A stretch of 64,000 nucleotides of DNA from Octopus sinensis (lineage: Eukaryota): positions 310,001-374,000 of the forward strand of contig NC_043002.1 of assembly GCF_006345805.1 (NCBI RefSeq). Direction: 5' to 3'. Shown one piece after another: positions 14,071 through 24,907 of this stretch (within the stretch, counting starts at the first letter, position 1; each line of letters starts with the position of its first letter). The notes below the pieces were generated by a model that saw nothing but the letters and a program-made list of their open reading frames with translations, searched no databases and was not told where the DNA came from. The translations under genes and the position numbers were made by a program.

Positions 14071-14557
14071 TCATTGATGATGTTTCTCAGAGAGAGTTGA
14101 TTGTCTTTCTTGGTGAGGTTTATTCTTATAATTTTCAGTTCTTTTTACATGCTTTTGCCGTTGAGAAGACTTCTGATTCAGGACTAATGGAGAACTGTCC
14201 CTTTCCTGACTGCGGTGTATCTTCTCAGCACCCATCTCAATGTTACGTTGCTTATACCAAGTACCTTCCTGTTCACTTTCAGACTCAGAAGAAATATCTA
14301 CATCAGTGGTGTCTGACATAGAATTACTACTCTTACCATAGGTATACTTCCTTGATGGAGAATGCTGTCTTTCTTCCATTGACTTTGCCATTTTCTTGGA
14401 GCCATCCATTCTTTTATCACATTTCTCCTGATCTTTTCGATGCTTTTTTTTCTTTCGCTTATGTTTCGGCATGTCCCTACGAGATGAGCATTCTGAGTCA
14501 GACAAGTGATCTGCTTTCCTTTTCTGATGACTCTTCTTCAAAGACGGTGATAGTAAC
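14071..14557 (-). CDS. SREK1IP1: SREK1IP1 terminal coding exon (K/S/R/H-rich)
   Basis: Acceptor ttctgcacacag|G; phase 2 matches the upstream exon; KHKRKKKKHRK tract; TGA at 14071-14073. Confidence 0.8.
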
Positions 14558-14926
14558 CTGTGTGCAGAAGATAGAAGTACAAGTATATTCATGTCCTACA
14601 GAAGTGATAATGGTATGATTGGTTTACACCAACTTTCTGCTACCAACATTTCTATCTATCAAGCCTTCACCAATGAAAACAAATGATCTGTGTGAGTAGT
14701 CTAACAGCAACAATATTGGCTGTTAGGCATTCATATGTCGAAGCTGATGGAAGAATCTAATACACACACACACACACACAAACAAACATATATATATATA
14801 TAATATGTAGATGCAAGTGTATGTGGTTATGTATGTATGTTTAGCCCCAAGAGGCTTTGAAACAGTGTAACCTCAAGTAAAACAAATTTGATTTTCAAAA
14901 TCTTTGTTCTAATGAGGTCATCTGTA

Positions 14927-14963
<37 letters not shown>

Positions 14964-15028
14964 TAATTTGCTACAAGAAGTAACTTGACTTTTAAATTAA
15001 CAACTCTCTTACTCTCTATCTCTCACCA

Positions 15029-16570
15029 CCATTATGAAAGACTGCTGAATGTGGAGAATGGATGGGAAGAGAAGAATCTGCCAAATGTTGACCCAATTGA
15101 TGGACTGGCTACACGAATCAACAGTTCCTTGGTAGATAAAGCAATTGAAGATATGAAAACCGAGAAAGCCCCCGGCCCATCAGGAATCACCACTGAGGTG
15201 CTTAAAATACCTGGCAGTGTGAGTTATGGTCTAGTCACCCGTACTGTAAACCAGGTAGTTCATGATGGAGTCATTCCCAATGACTGGCATTGCAGCACCA
15301 TAGTCAACTGCTACAAAGGTAAAGGTGATGCTCTAGATAGAAATAACTACAGGGATATCAAACTGTTGGATCAGATGATGAAGGTCACGGAGAGGGTCAT
15401 AGCCGAACTAATTAGGGAGAGAGTCTGCTTAGATGAGATGCAGTTCGGTTTTGTGCCAGGTACAAGCACCATTGATGCTATATTCCTGGTACAGAAAGTG
15501 CAGGAGAAACACCTAGCCAAAGATAAAACCCCTATACTTGGCTTTTGTGGACTTAGAGAAAGCCTTTGACAGGGTCCCCCAATCCCTTATCTGGTAGGCG
15601 ATGCGGAACTGGGGATTGATGAATGGTTAATAAGAGCTGTACAGGCCCCTTACAGAGAGGCTGTTAGTAAGGTTAGGGTTGGCAATGAGTATAGTGAAGA
15701 ATTCAGGGTACATGTAGGGGTCCACCAAGGCTCAGCCCTCAGCCCCCTCTTAGTCATCATAGCCCTCCAGGCAATAACAGAAGAATTCAAGACGGGTTGC
15801 CCCTGGGAGCTCCTCTATGCTGATGACCTAGCCGTTGTAGCAGAATCACTACCGGAACTAGAAAAGAAATTTCAGGTGTGGAAGCTAGGTTTAGAATCAA
15901 AAGGCCATAGAGTCAATGTAGCAAAGACCAAAGTTCTAGTAAGTAGGAAGGCAAACACACCACACACCACTTCAGGTAGGTGGCCCTGCTTGATCTGTAG
16001 AAAAGGTGTAGGTAGAAACTCCATAAGATGTACCCAGTGTAAGCTATGGACACATAAGAGATGCAGCACCATCAAAGGAAAATTAACTGAGAAGATAGCT
16101 TTTGTGTGAGGCAGATGCACAGGGGCACTAGACACCACAGATACTCAGAAAACAGATTCCATCACACTGCAGGGGAAGAAACTAGAAGTAGTTGATAGTT
16201 TCCACTACCTAGGTGACAAAGTTAGTAGCTGGGGTGGATGCTCAGAGTGTTACCACTAGAATAAGAATAGCCTGGGCAAAGTTCAGACAAATTCTACCCC
16301 TACTGGTGACAAAGGGTCTCTCGCTCAGAGTGAAAGGTAGATTGTACAAAGCATGTGTGCGAACTGCCATGCTTCACGGCAGTGAAACATGGGCCATGAT
16401 GCCAATGTCCAGCGACGCGAGGATCAAAGAGCTGAAGTATTTCGGATTGCCAGACAGTGTGTCAGAGAAAATAGTGATGTTATAGGAGAGAAATGTGTCC
16501 GCATGGATGATGGGGCACTTGCTTTTACTGCTAGTGAAAAGAAAGAGGCTTGGAGAAGCCATTATGAAAG
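15029..16570 (+). mobile_element. RTE LINE RT fragment, rearranged (an upstream segment is appended at 16399-16570)
   Basis: RT motifs nearly identical to 596-1430; the trailing piece FRIARQCVREN..WRSHYE normally precedes the start of the fragment. Confidence 0.9.
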
Positions 16571-16779
16571 CCATATGAATGACATATAAATAAATGAAAT
16601 CTATGAGCAATACATTTGCAGGCTTCTCCTCAGTACACCACAGATTGCTCTGGCTAATATATGTAAATTTATATCACAGACTCCTCAGTATATCATGGGT
16701 TTTGGCAGCCGATTGGTATTTAGTTTTTTTTTAGATTTTAATTATTTGTGGTAAAATAAGCATTTTCATACCTATAAAT

Positions 16780-17056
16780 TAATAAATAAAAATACAGTAC
16801 AGTACTCCACCGTATATATTAAAAGAAAATACATAGTGTGCCATAGATGAGTAAACAAAGAATCGCACATCCTGTATGGAAAATGAAACTGAGGAGGCGA
16901 GTGAGGGGGGGGGGTTGCATTTATAATAAAATAAATATATACAAATTATAAAAATAATTTTAAAAATATATAGTACTGTTTCTATTTCACAGATTATCAC
17001 CTATCACAGGGGAATTTGGAACGTAATTCCCCCATAATAGTCGAGGGATTATTGTA
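16780..17056 (-). mobile_element. Possible Tigger/pogo-like MITE end
   Basis: Minus strand begins TA|CAATAATCCCTCGACTATT..GTTCCA, resembling Tigger-type termini; the other end is unclear. Confidence 0.35.
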
Positions 17057-17454
17057 TAATGATGATATATGTTGAGCATGATCTAAATTGACAAAATTAT
17101 GTAACTGTGTTCAATAAGGGATAACATGGAATTAAATTTCCTAAACAAAACCATCATCACCACAACTTGGAAATGAAATGGGGGTGGAGAGGAGTAACAA
17201 TGGACTGAAAGATGTTTCTAGTGAGATCCAAATACGGGAGACAGTCTTAAGTAGGATGGTAATAATATGGAAGTAGAGAGATTGTCTCAGGTGAAATGAT
17301 TATAATATGAGACCAGAGGCTGTTCCAGATGGAGTCATATTATAAAACCTAAAATTATTTGAAGCAGGATAGTAGTAATATGAGACCAGACCAAACCAGA
17401 TAATAACAACATAAAATGAAATGTTGTTATTTAAAGTTTAAAAAAAAATACAGA

Positions 17455-17632
17455 GTGCAGGAGTGGCTGTGTGGTAAGTAGCTTGCTAACCAACCACATG
17501 GTTCTGGGTTCAGTCCCACTGCATGGCACCTTGGGCAAGTGTCTTCTGCTATAGCCCCGGGCCGACCAATGCCTTGTGAGTGGATTTGGTAGACGGAAAC
17601 TGAAAGAAGCCTGTCGTATATATGTATGTATG

Positions 17633-17690
<58 letters not shown>
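17455..17690 (+). mobile_element. tRNA-derived SINE, 5' half ending in (TA)n
   Basis: gcaggagtggctgtgtggtaagtagc (A box), gggttcagtccc (B box). Confidence 0.85.
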
Positions 17691-17691
<1 letters not shown>

Positions 17692-17694
<3 letters not shown>

Positions 17695-18179
17695 TGGTGG
17701 TACGTAAAAAGCACTATCCGACTCGTGGCCGTGGCACGTAAAATACTCCAATGCGACCGTACGACAGGCACCCTTGCCAACCCCCTTTGCTTGTGAAGAC
17801 ATGTTGGGGCAAGCGAAATCGAAATCGAATTGAACCAGCCAGGATCCCTGGTCTGGTGGTACGTAAAAAGCACTATCCGACTCGTGGCCGATGCCAGCAC
17901 CGCCTCGACTGGCTTCCGTGCCGGTGGCACATAAAATACACCAATCTGACCGTGGCCGTTGCCAGCCCCGCCTGGCACCTGTGCAGGTGGCACGTAAAAA
18001 GCACCCACTACACTCACGGAGTGGTTGGCGTTAGGAAGGGCATCCAGCTGTAGAAACATTGCCAAATTAGACTGGAGCCTGGTGCAGCCTTCTCGCTTCC
18101 CAGAACCCCGGTCGAACCGTCCAACCCATGCTAGCATGGAGAACGGACGTTAAACGACGATGATGATGACGATGATGAT
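17692..18179 (+). mobile_element. RTE 3'UTR fragment
   Basis: 3'UTR with internal repeats and (GAT)n tail. Confidence 0.8.
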
Positions 18180-18188
18180 ATATATATA

Positions 18189-18359
18189 GGCGTAGGAGTG
18201 GCTGTGTGGTAAGTAGCTTGCTAACCAACCACATGGTTCTGGGTTCAGTCCCACTGCGTGGCATCTTGGGCAAGTGTCTTCTGCTATAGCCCCGGGCCGA
18301 CCAATGCCTTGTGAGTGGATTTGGTAGACGGAAACTGAAAGAAGCCTGTCGTATATATG

Positions 18360-18390
<31 letters not shown>

Positions 18391-18610
18391 GTTTGTGTGT
18401 CTGCGTTTGTTCCCCTAGCATTGCTTGACAACCGATGCTGGTGTGTTTACGTCCCCGTCACTTAGCGGTTCGGCAAAAGAGACCAAAAGAATAAGTACTG
18501 GGCTTACAAAGAATAAGTCCCGGGGTCGATTTGCTCGACTAAAGTCGGTGCTCCGGCATGGCCGCAGTCAAATGACTGAAACAAGTAAAAGAGTAAAGAG
18601 TAAAGAGAGC
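18189..18610 (+). mobile_element. Full-length tRNA-derived SINE
   Basis: A/B boxes, central microsatellite, 3' tail gtaaaagagtaaagagtaaagag; ends ~8 bp from the SREK1IP1 splice donor. Confidence 0.88.
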
Positions 18611-18622
18611 CATTTTAACTTA

Positions 18623-19249
<627 letters not shown>

Positions 19250-19559
19250 CTAAATTTTCTCAAAACAACTTGTCCCACCGTCTCATAGCCGCCGCCCCTT
19301 GAGAAACACTGATTTAACCTAAATTTGGGACACCAGCAAAAGAAGAAATAAAGATAGACTTTTTTTCTATTCCAAAGAAAAACGATTTTATTCACACAAA
19401 TATGCAACCGAAGAGTTTAAAGCACCAGTAATGATAAGGCTGTTGACTGGGAGAACACAAACATTGTTTAAACAATAAGCTTGGCAGGAAAGAAACATGC
19501 CTTTAAGCAGTACAAAAACAACAAAAAATGGAAGGTGCAGTTATGTACAGGTTGACGGA

Positions 19560-19746
19560 AGAAAAGCAGGACAAAAACGGCTTTATCGATTGCATTCTCA
19601 CCTGGAATCGCTTTTTGTAATTTTTTCAAGACTTATACACACCCTGATACCGTTGGTATCTACATATCAAATTTGATGGAGGATGCCCGAGATCCTAGAA
19701 GACACACACACAGATAGACAGAACGGATTTTATATAATAGAAGATA
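19560..19746 (-). mobile_element. Possible Helitron/Helentron-type non-autonomous 5' end
   Basis: Minus strand A|TCTTCTATTATATAAAA..ctgtctatctgtgtg next to (TA)n. Confidence 0.4.
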
Positions 19747-20064
19747 TATATATATGTTAATGTCAAACGATAACAATGAGTGCTCAACACCACATTCGTG
19801 GAAATAATTTCTTTATTTATGAATAAAGGCTACCATTCATTTCATGATAGGAAAAGTAGGAAAAGTGTCAAGTGTCTTAATTTTTCAAGCTGATCACATG
19901 GAGAAAGATGTTCACCTCCATTTTGGAAAATAGTCTCCTATATAAATATGCATATATATATATGGGAGGAAAAGGTGTATTCCCATGTTTTAAAGTTTGA
20001 AAATGCACCTGAATTTGAAAAACATGTAAATTCCCCTCTTCAAATGCCCCTCTCATAATTTCTT

Positions 20065-20382
20065 ATCTTGTGAGTTACTTGGTTACCCTGTCAGTGCTTG
20101 TGCTACGTTAACAGCATCCAGTTCACACTGTAACATGGTTGGCATTTGGAAGATATCCACCTGTAACAATCATGCCAAAACTAACCTCACCTGTACTAGT
20201 GCCACGGAAAAAGCATTGAGTCCACTCTACGGAGCGGTTGGTGTTAGGAAGGGCATCCAGACATAAAATCCCTACCAAAACAGATACAGTAGCCTTGGGT
20301 AGTTTTCCTACCTTGCTGGCTCTTAACAACCATCCTACCCAGGCATGCATGGAAGATGGACATTAAATGATGATGATGATGA
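20065..20382 (+). mobile_element. RTE 3'UTR fragment, old
   Basis: ttggtgttaggaagggcatccag...ggacattaaatgatgatg. Confidence 0.7.
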
Positions 20383-20533
20383 TATAGTTTTTAAATAGAT
20401 TTATTCATATACATACCAAACTAGTTTCAACAATTTTTTGTTTCTCAGTGGCACAAATATATATGAAATAAGGAGATTTTAACAGAGTTTAAAATTACAA
20501 AACAGAAGTCAGAGGAACACGTTTAATGATCAA

Positions 20534-20756
20534 ATCATCATCATCATCATTTAACATCCACTTTCCATGCTGGCATGGTTGGGCTGTTTGACTGAGGACT
20601 GGCATGCCGGTAGGCTGCACTATGCTCCAATCTGATCAGGCAAGCTTTCTACAGCTGGATGCCTTTCCTAAGACCAACCACTCTGAATAAGTAGTGGATG
20701 CTTTTTGTGTGCTGGTATCACCCATGCTCGAATGGTGCTTTTTACATGCCACCGGC
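20534..20756 (-). mobile_element. RTE 3'UTR fragment, old
   Basis: Inverted copy of the same 3'UTR family. Confidence 0.7.
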
Positions 20757-21147
20757 CCATAATGTTCACATAAAATTCAATGAGTTTCACAAGGATAGAT
20801 AATATCAAAGTAAATGTACAGCAAAGATTATAACAAATGTACATTATTGAAAGTTGCCTCAGATTGAGTTTTTATAGAATATGTGGACAAGTGAGAGAAG
20901 AAAAAGGGGGGAAGAGAGCAAAAACATTTTTTCTTTACAATTTCTGTCATCATGCATGCAGTTCTTTTTTTCTTTTATGTCCTGGTCTCTTCACTTTTCA
21001 TGGTCTTTTATACATATTTGTACCATCGAGAAACAAAAAGCTGTTGAAACTAGATTGGTATGTATGTTAATAAATCTATTTAAAAACAACTGCACGCTTT
21101 CAAAATCAAGTGCATTTTCCAACCCCAAAACATATTAGATGTAGGTA

Positions 21148-21361
21148 TTGGGTCTGTGCAGAATTATTGCAGCTTTTTTCAACAAATTTTATTCATCAAA
21201 AACAATAACAATATTTAGCAAAAACATCTTTAAATGACAGTCTGACCGTCTGCCAAGCAAATGAGAAGCAGTAATTGAAGTGGATGGTGAATATGCTCCA
21301 GAATAATCATTTAAAGATGTTTTTGTTGAAAAAAAGCCGCAATAATTATCCACCAGCCCAA
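21148..21361. mobile_element. Mariner-type MITE
   Basis: TA|TTGGGTCTGTGCAGAATTATTGCAGCTTTTTT...AAAAAAGCCGCAATAATTATCCACCAGCCCAA|TA. Confidence 0.7.
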
Positions 21362-21375
21362 TATATATATGTATA

Positions 21376-21604
21376 TTTCTTTATTGCTCACAGGGGGCTA
21401 AACATAGAGGGGACAAACAAGGACGAACAAAGGGATTAAGTTGATTACATCGACTCCAGTGCATAACTGGTACTTATTTAATTGACCCTGAAAGAATGAA
21501 AGGCAAAGTCGACCTTGGCAGAATTTGAACTAAGAACGTAACAGCAGACGAAATACTGCTAAGCGTTTCGCCCAGTGTGCTAATGATTCTGCCAGCTCAT
21601 CACC
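21376..21604 (-). mobile_element. SINE, second family
   Basis: Minus strand ggtgatgagctggcagaatc..agttcaaattc (B-box-like), gtcgactttgcctttc..taagtaccag body. Confidence 0.7.
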
Positions 21605-21609
21605 TAAAT

Positions 21610-21647
<38 letters not shown>

Positions 21648-21970
21648 CGTTGCGACCTCCTTCGGTCATAAATGACCATGGGATTGCACCTAGAAAGTTA
21701 CCCTCCGAGGCACAAATCCAGGCAAGGTTATTTATGGAAGACCAGCATACCAGCCTCCCTTCTTCATGCCACAGATGTTATCCAAGGGAAAGGCAAAGGC
21801 CGATACAGCTAGGCACCAGTGACGTTGCAACTCATTTCTACAGCTGAGTGAACTGAAGCAATGTGAAATAAAGTGTCTTGTTCAAGAACACAACAAGCAG
21901 CCCAGTCCGGGATTCGAACTCACGACCTCACAATCGTAAGCCCGATACTCTAACCACTGAGCCATGCAAC
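21648..21970 (-). mobile_element. tRNA-derived SINE, third family
   Basis: Minus strand tggctcagtggttagag (A box), gagttcgaatccc (B box). Confidence 0.78.
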
Positions 21971-22000
21971 TTCACGTGTGTGTATATATATATATATATA

Positions 22001-22400
22001 GGCACAGGAGTAGCTGTGTGGTAAGTAGCTTGCTTACCAACCACATCGTTCCAGGTTCAGTCCCACTGCATGGCACCTTGGGCAAGTGTCTTCTACTATA
22101 GCCTCGGGCTGACCAGAGCCTTGTGAGTGGATTTGGTAGATGGAAACTGAAAGAAGCCCATCGTATATATGTATATATATATATATATGTGTGTGTGTGT
22201 TTGTGTGTCTGTGATTGTATCCCCAACATCACTTGACAACCGATGCTGGTGTGTTTATGTCCCTGTAACTTAGCGGTTCTGCATAAGAGACCGAAAGAAT
22301 AAGTACTAGGCTTACAAAGAATAAGTCCTGGGGTCGATTTGCTCAACTAAAAGCAGTGCTCCAGCATGGCCGCAGTCAAATGACTCAAACAAGTAAAAGG
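22001..22400 (+). mobile_element. Full-length tRNA-derived SINE
   Basis: Same family as 18189-18610. Confidence 0.88.
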
Positions 22401-22438
22401 GTATATGTATATCATCACGTTATATATATATATATAGG

Positions 22439-22996
22439 TTTTCTTTATTTGTGTATTACGGCTACTATCAGCTTCATGTTAAGAAAAATATTTTAATATC
22501 TTAATAATTTTTCAAGCTGATCACATGGAGGAAAAGTGTTCCCATCTATTTGGGATGAAAACACCCTGTTTTTATCCAAGATGGAGATGAACACTATTCC
22601 TCCATGTGATTGGCTTGAAAAATTATTAAGATACTAAGATATCTTTCTTAACATGAAAGCAATAGTGGTCTTAATACACAAATAAAGAAATTTTATCCAG
22701 AAGTTGAAAATGCACTGAGAATAATTAAAATATTTTTTATTTATATATTTAAAACTTTAACCGGTTTCACAGTTTACACAGATTTTCAAAAAGTTCAAAG
22801 TTTCTATCAGAACTTTTAGAAAATCAGTGTAAACTGTGAAACTGGTTAAAGCTTTAAATATACTAACAAAAAATATTTTAAGTATTCTCAGTGCATTTTC
22901 AACTTCTAGATAAAATTTCTTTATTTGTGTATTAAGGCGACTATTGCTTTCATGTTAAGAAAGATATCTTAGTATCTTAATAATTTTTCAAGCCAA
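22439..22996. repeat. Double (nested) inverted repeat, probable Penelope-like pseudo-LTR relic with degenerate hammerhead cores
   Basis: 22439-22560 is inverted to 22568-22690; 22611-22796 is inverted to 22810-22996; GAAACCGGTT and GAAACTGGTT motifs; related single copy at 19801-19935. Confidence 0.65.
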
Positions 22997-23039
22997 CTAG
23001 ATGATACAAAAAGGGACAACAAAACATCCAGATAGATAC

Positions 23040-23866
23040 AAAAAAATAAGGACAGGTCATTTGAAGCTTTCTATGCTCAATCAAGAACCGCATCATCCTC
23101 ACAGAACCAGATCATTCAGTCGAAAGACACCTGTTGTTATGTCCTGTTATTATTATTATCTTTATTGTATTTTGTATTTATATTTGTGTAACATCGTCTG
23201 TTTTTCCGTCCTTGTTTTTGTATACATTCAATGCTTTCTTCCAAGGAATCTAATGCTCTTAGCTTAGTTTTTCCTTGGGGCCGGCCAGATTGGAGCAATC
23301 TCAAGATTAATCAGCTGAAATTGCGATGATGATCCGGTTCTTGACTGAGGATAGAAAGCTTCGAATGACCCGTCCGTGTTTTTTTTTTTTGTCCCTTTTT
23401 GTATCACCTAGTTGTCCAGATGTTTTGCGTTCTTGTCCCATTTTGTATCTTATCAACCTTTTCGCGCTTATTCGTTCATTCCACTCTTCGTTCTTTCTTT
23501 CCCTCTCTCTCACATATCTTTGCCTTCTTTTCTCACTCACTTTTCACTTCACTATGTCCCTGTCATTTTTTCTCGCCCCTCCTTAATTCTTCTGTCCATC
23601 TGCTTCTACAACTCTCTCTCTCTTCTCTTCCCCCTCCTTAATTCTTTTGTTCCTCTTTTTCTCTCTTCTCTTCTCATGTGACCAATAGGCCAGACTGCTA
23701 GCCCTCTTTTTGCGTCTGACTGTGGTCACTGCCACAGTGATATTCTTCCCTGTGTTTGTGAAAGTTTTGTATCTCTGCCAGCTGAATTCAATTTGTCCCC
23801 AGTTGAAAGACACCTGTTGTTATGTCCTGTTATTATTATTATTATTATTTTTATTGTATTTTGTAG
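23040..23866. mobile_element. Probable Penelope-like non-coding relic with partial direct and inverted terminal repeats
   Basis: agt(c/t)gaaagacacctgttgttatgtcctgttattatt at 23118 and 23801; 23045-23100 is inverted to 23325-23385. Confidence 0.45.
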
Positions 23867-23905
23867 TTATCTATAATATAATATGTGACAATTATTTGGT
23901 TGCCA

Positions 23906-23968
23906 TAATAAAACTCCGAGTTTCGGATGTCGGAGCGGAAATCTGATTCAGCATTTCATCAGTTATTA
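23906..23968 (-). ncRNA. Type I hammerhead ribozyme motif inside a 79-bp-arm inverted repeat (23867-24064)
   Basis: Minus strand taataa-CTGATGA-[helix II]-GAA-ACT-cgg-AGT-T-ttatta; the intact helix II (GATGCTGGAGC/GCTCCGACATC) is on the opposite arm. Confidence 0.6.
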
Positions 23969-24127
23969 AGACAAAGATGCTGGAGCAGATTTCCGCTCCG
24001 ACATCCGAAACTCGGAGTTTTATTATGGCAACCAAATAATTGTCGCATATTATATTACAGATAAATTCCTCTATTTCTATAATATCTAGGTCTCATTCAT
24101 TCTTTTGTTGTCGTGCTAATACTATTA

Positions 24128-24645
24128 ACGTACCAGTGCCGGTGGCACATAAGAAAACCATCCGAACGTGGCTGTAGCCAGTACCGCATCAACTGGCCTC
24201 CGTGCTGAGAGCACGTAACAAACACCATCCGAGCGTGGCCGTTCGCCAGCCTCATCTGGGACCTGTGTCGGTGACACATAAGAAAACACCATCCGAGCGT
24301 GGCCGTCTGCCAGCCTCGTCTGGCACCTGTGTCGGTGGCACATAAAAAACACCATCCGAGCGTGGCCGTCTGCCAGCCTCGTCTGGCACCTGTGTCGGTG
24401 GCACATAAAAAACACTATCCGAGCGTGGCCGTCTGCCAGCCTCGTCTGGCACCTGTGTCGGTGGCACATAAAATCACCCGTTACACTCTCGGAGTGGTTG
24501 GCGTTAGGAAGGGCATCCAGCTGTAGAAACATTGCCAGATAAGACTGGAGCCTGGTGCAGCCTTCGGGCTCCCCAGACCCCAGTTGAACCGTCCAACCCA
24601 TGCTAGCATGGAAAGCGGACGTTAAACGATGATGATGATGATGAT
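24128..24645 (+). mobile_element. RTE 3'UTR with ~60-bp tandem minisatellite
   Basis: About four units caccatccgagcgtggccgtctgccagcctcgtctggcacctgtgtcggtggcacataaaaaa; (GAT)n tail. Confidence 0.85.
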
Positions 24646-24679
24646 ATATGTATGTATGTATGTATGTACATACATACGT

Positions 24680-24905
24680 ACGTATATCTATGTGTGTGTC
24701 TTTCTGTCTGTGTTTGCTCCACCACCACCACCATCACTTGATAACTGGTATTGGTGTGTTTGCATCCCTGTAACTGAGTGGTTTGGCAAAAGAGACTGAT
24801 AGAATAAGTACCAGAATTAAAAAAGAAGTACTAGGGTCAATTCATTTGACTAAAAATTCAAGGCAGTGCACCCGCATGGGTGCAGTCTAATGACCGAAAC
24901 AGTAA
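24680..24905 (+). mobile_element. SINE 3' half, old
   Basis: Similar to 18380-18600. Confidence 0.65.
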
Positions 24906-24907
24906 AT

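Noticed and set aside
21880-21970. tRNA gene
   Set aside because: A/B boxes are present but it continues into a SINE body with no intact cloverleaf; the same applies to the other SINE heads
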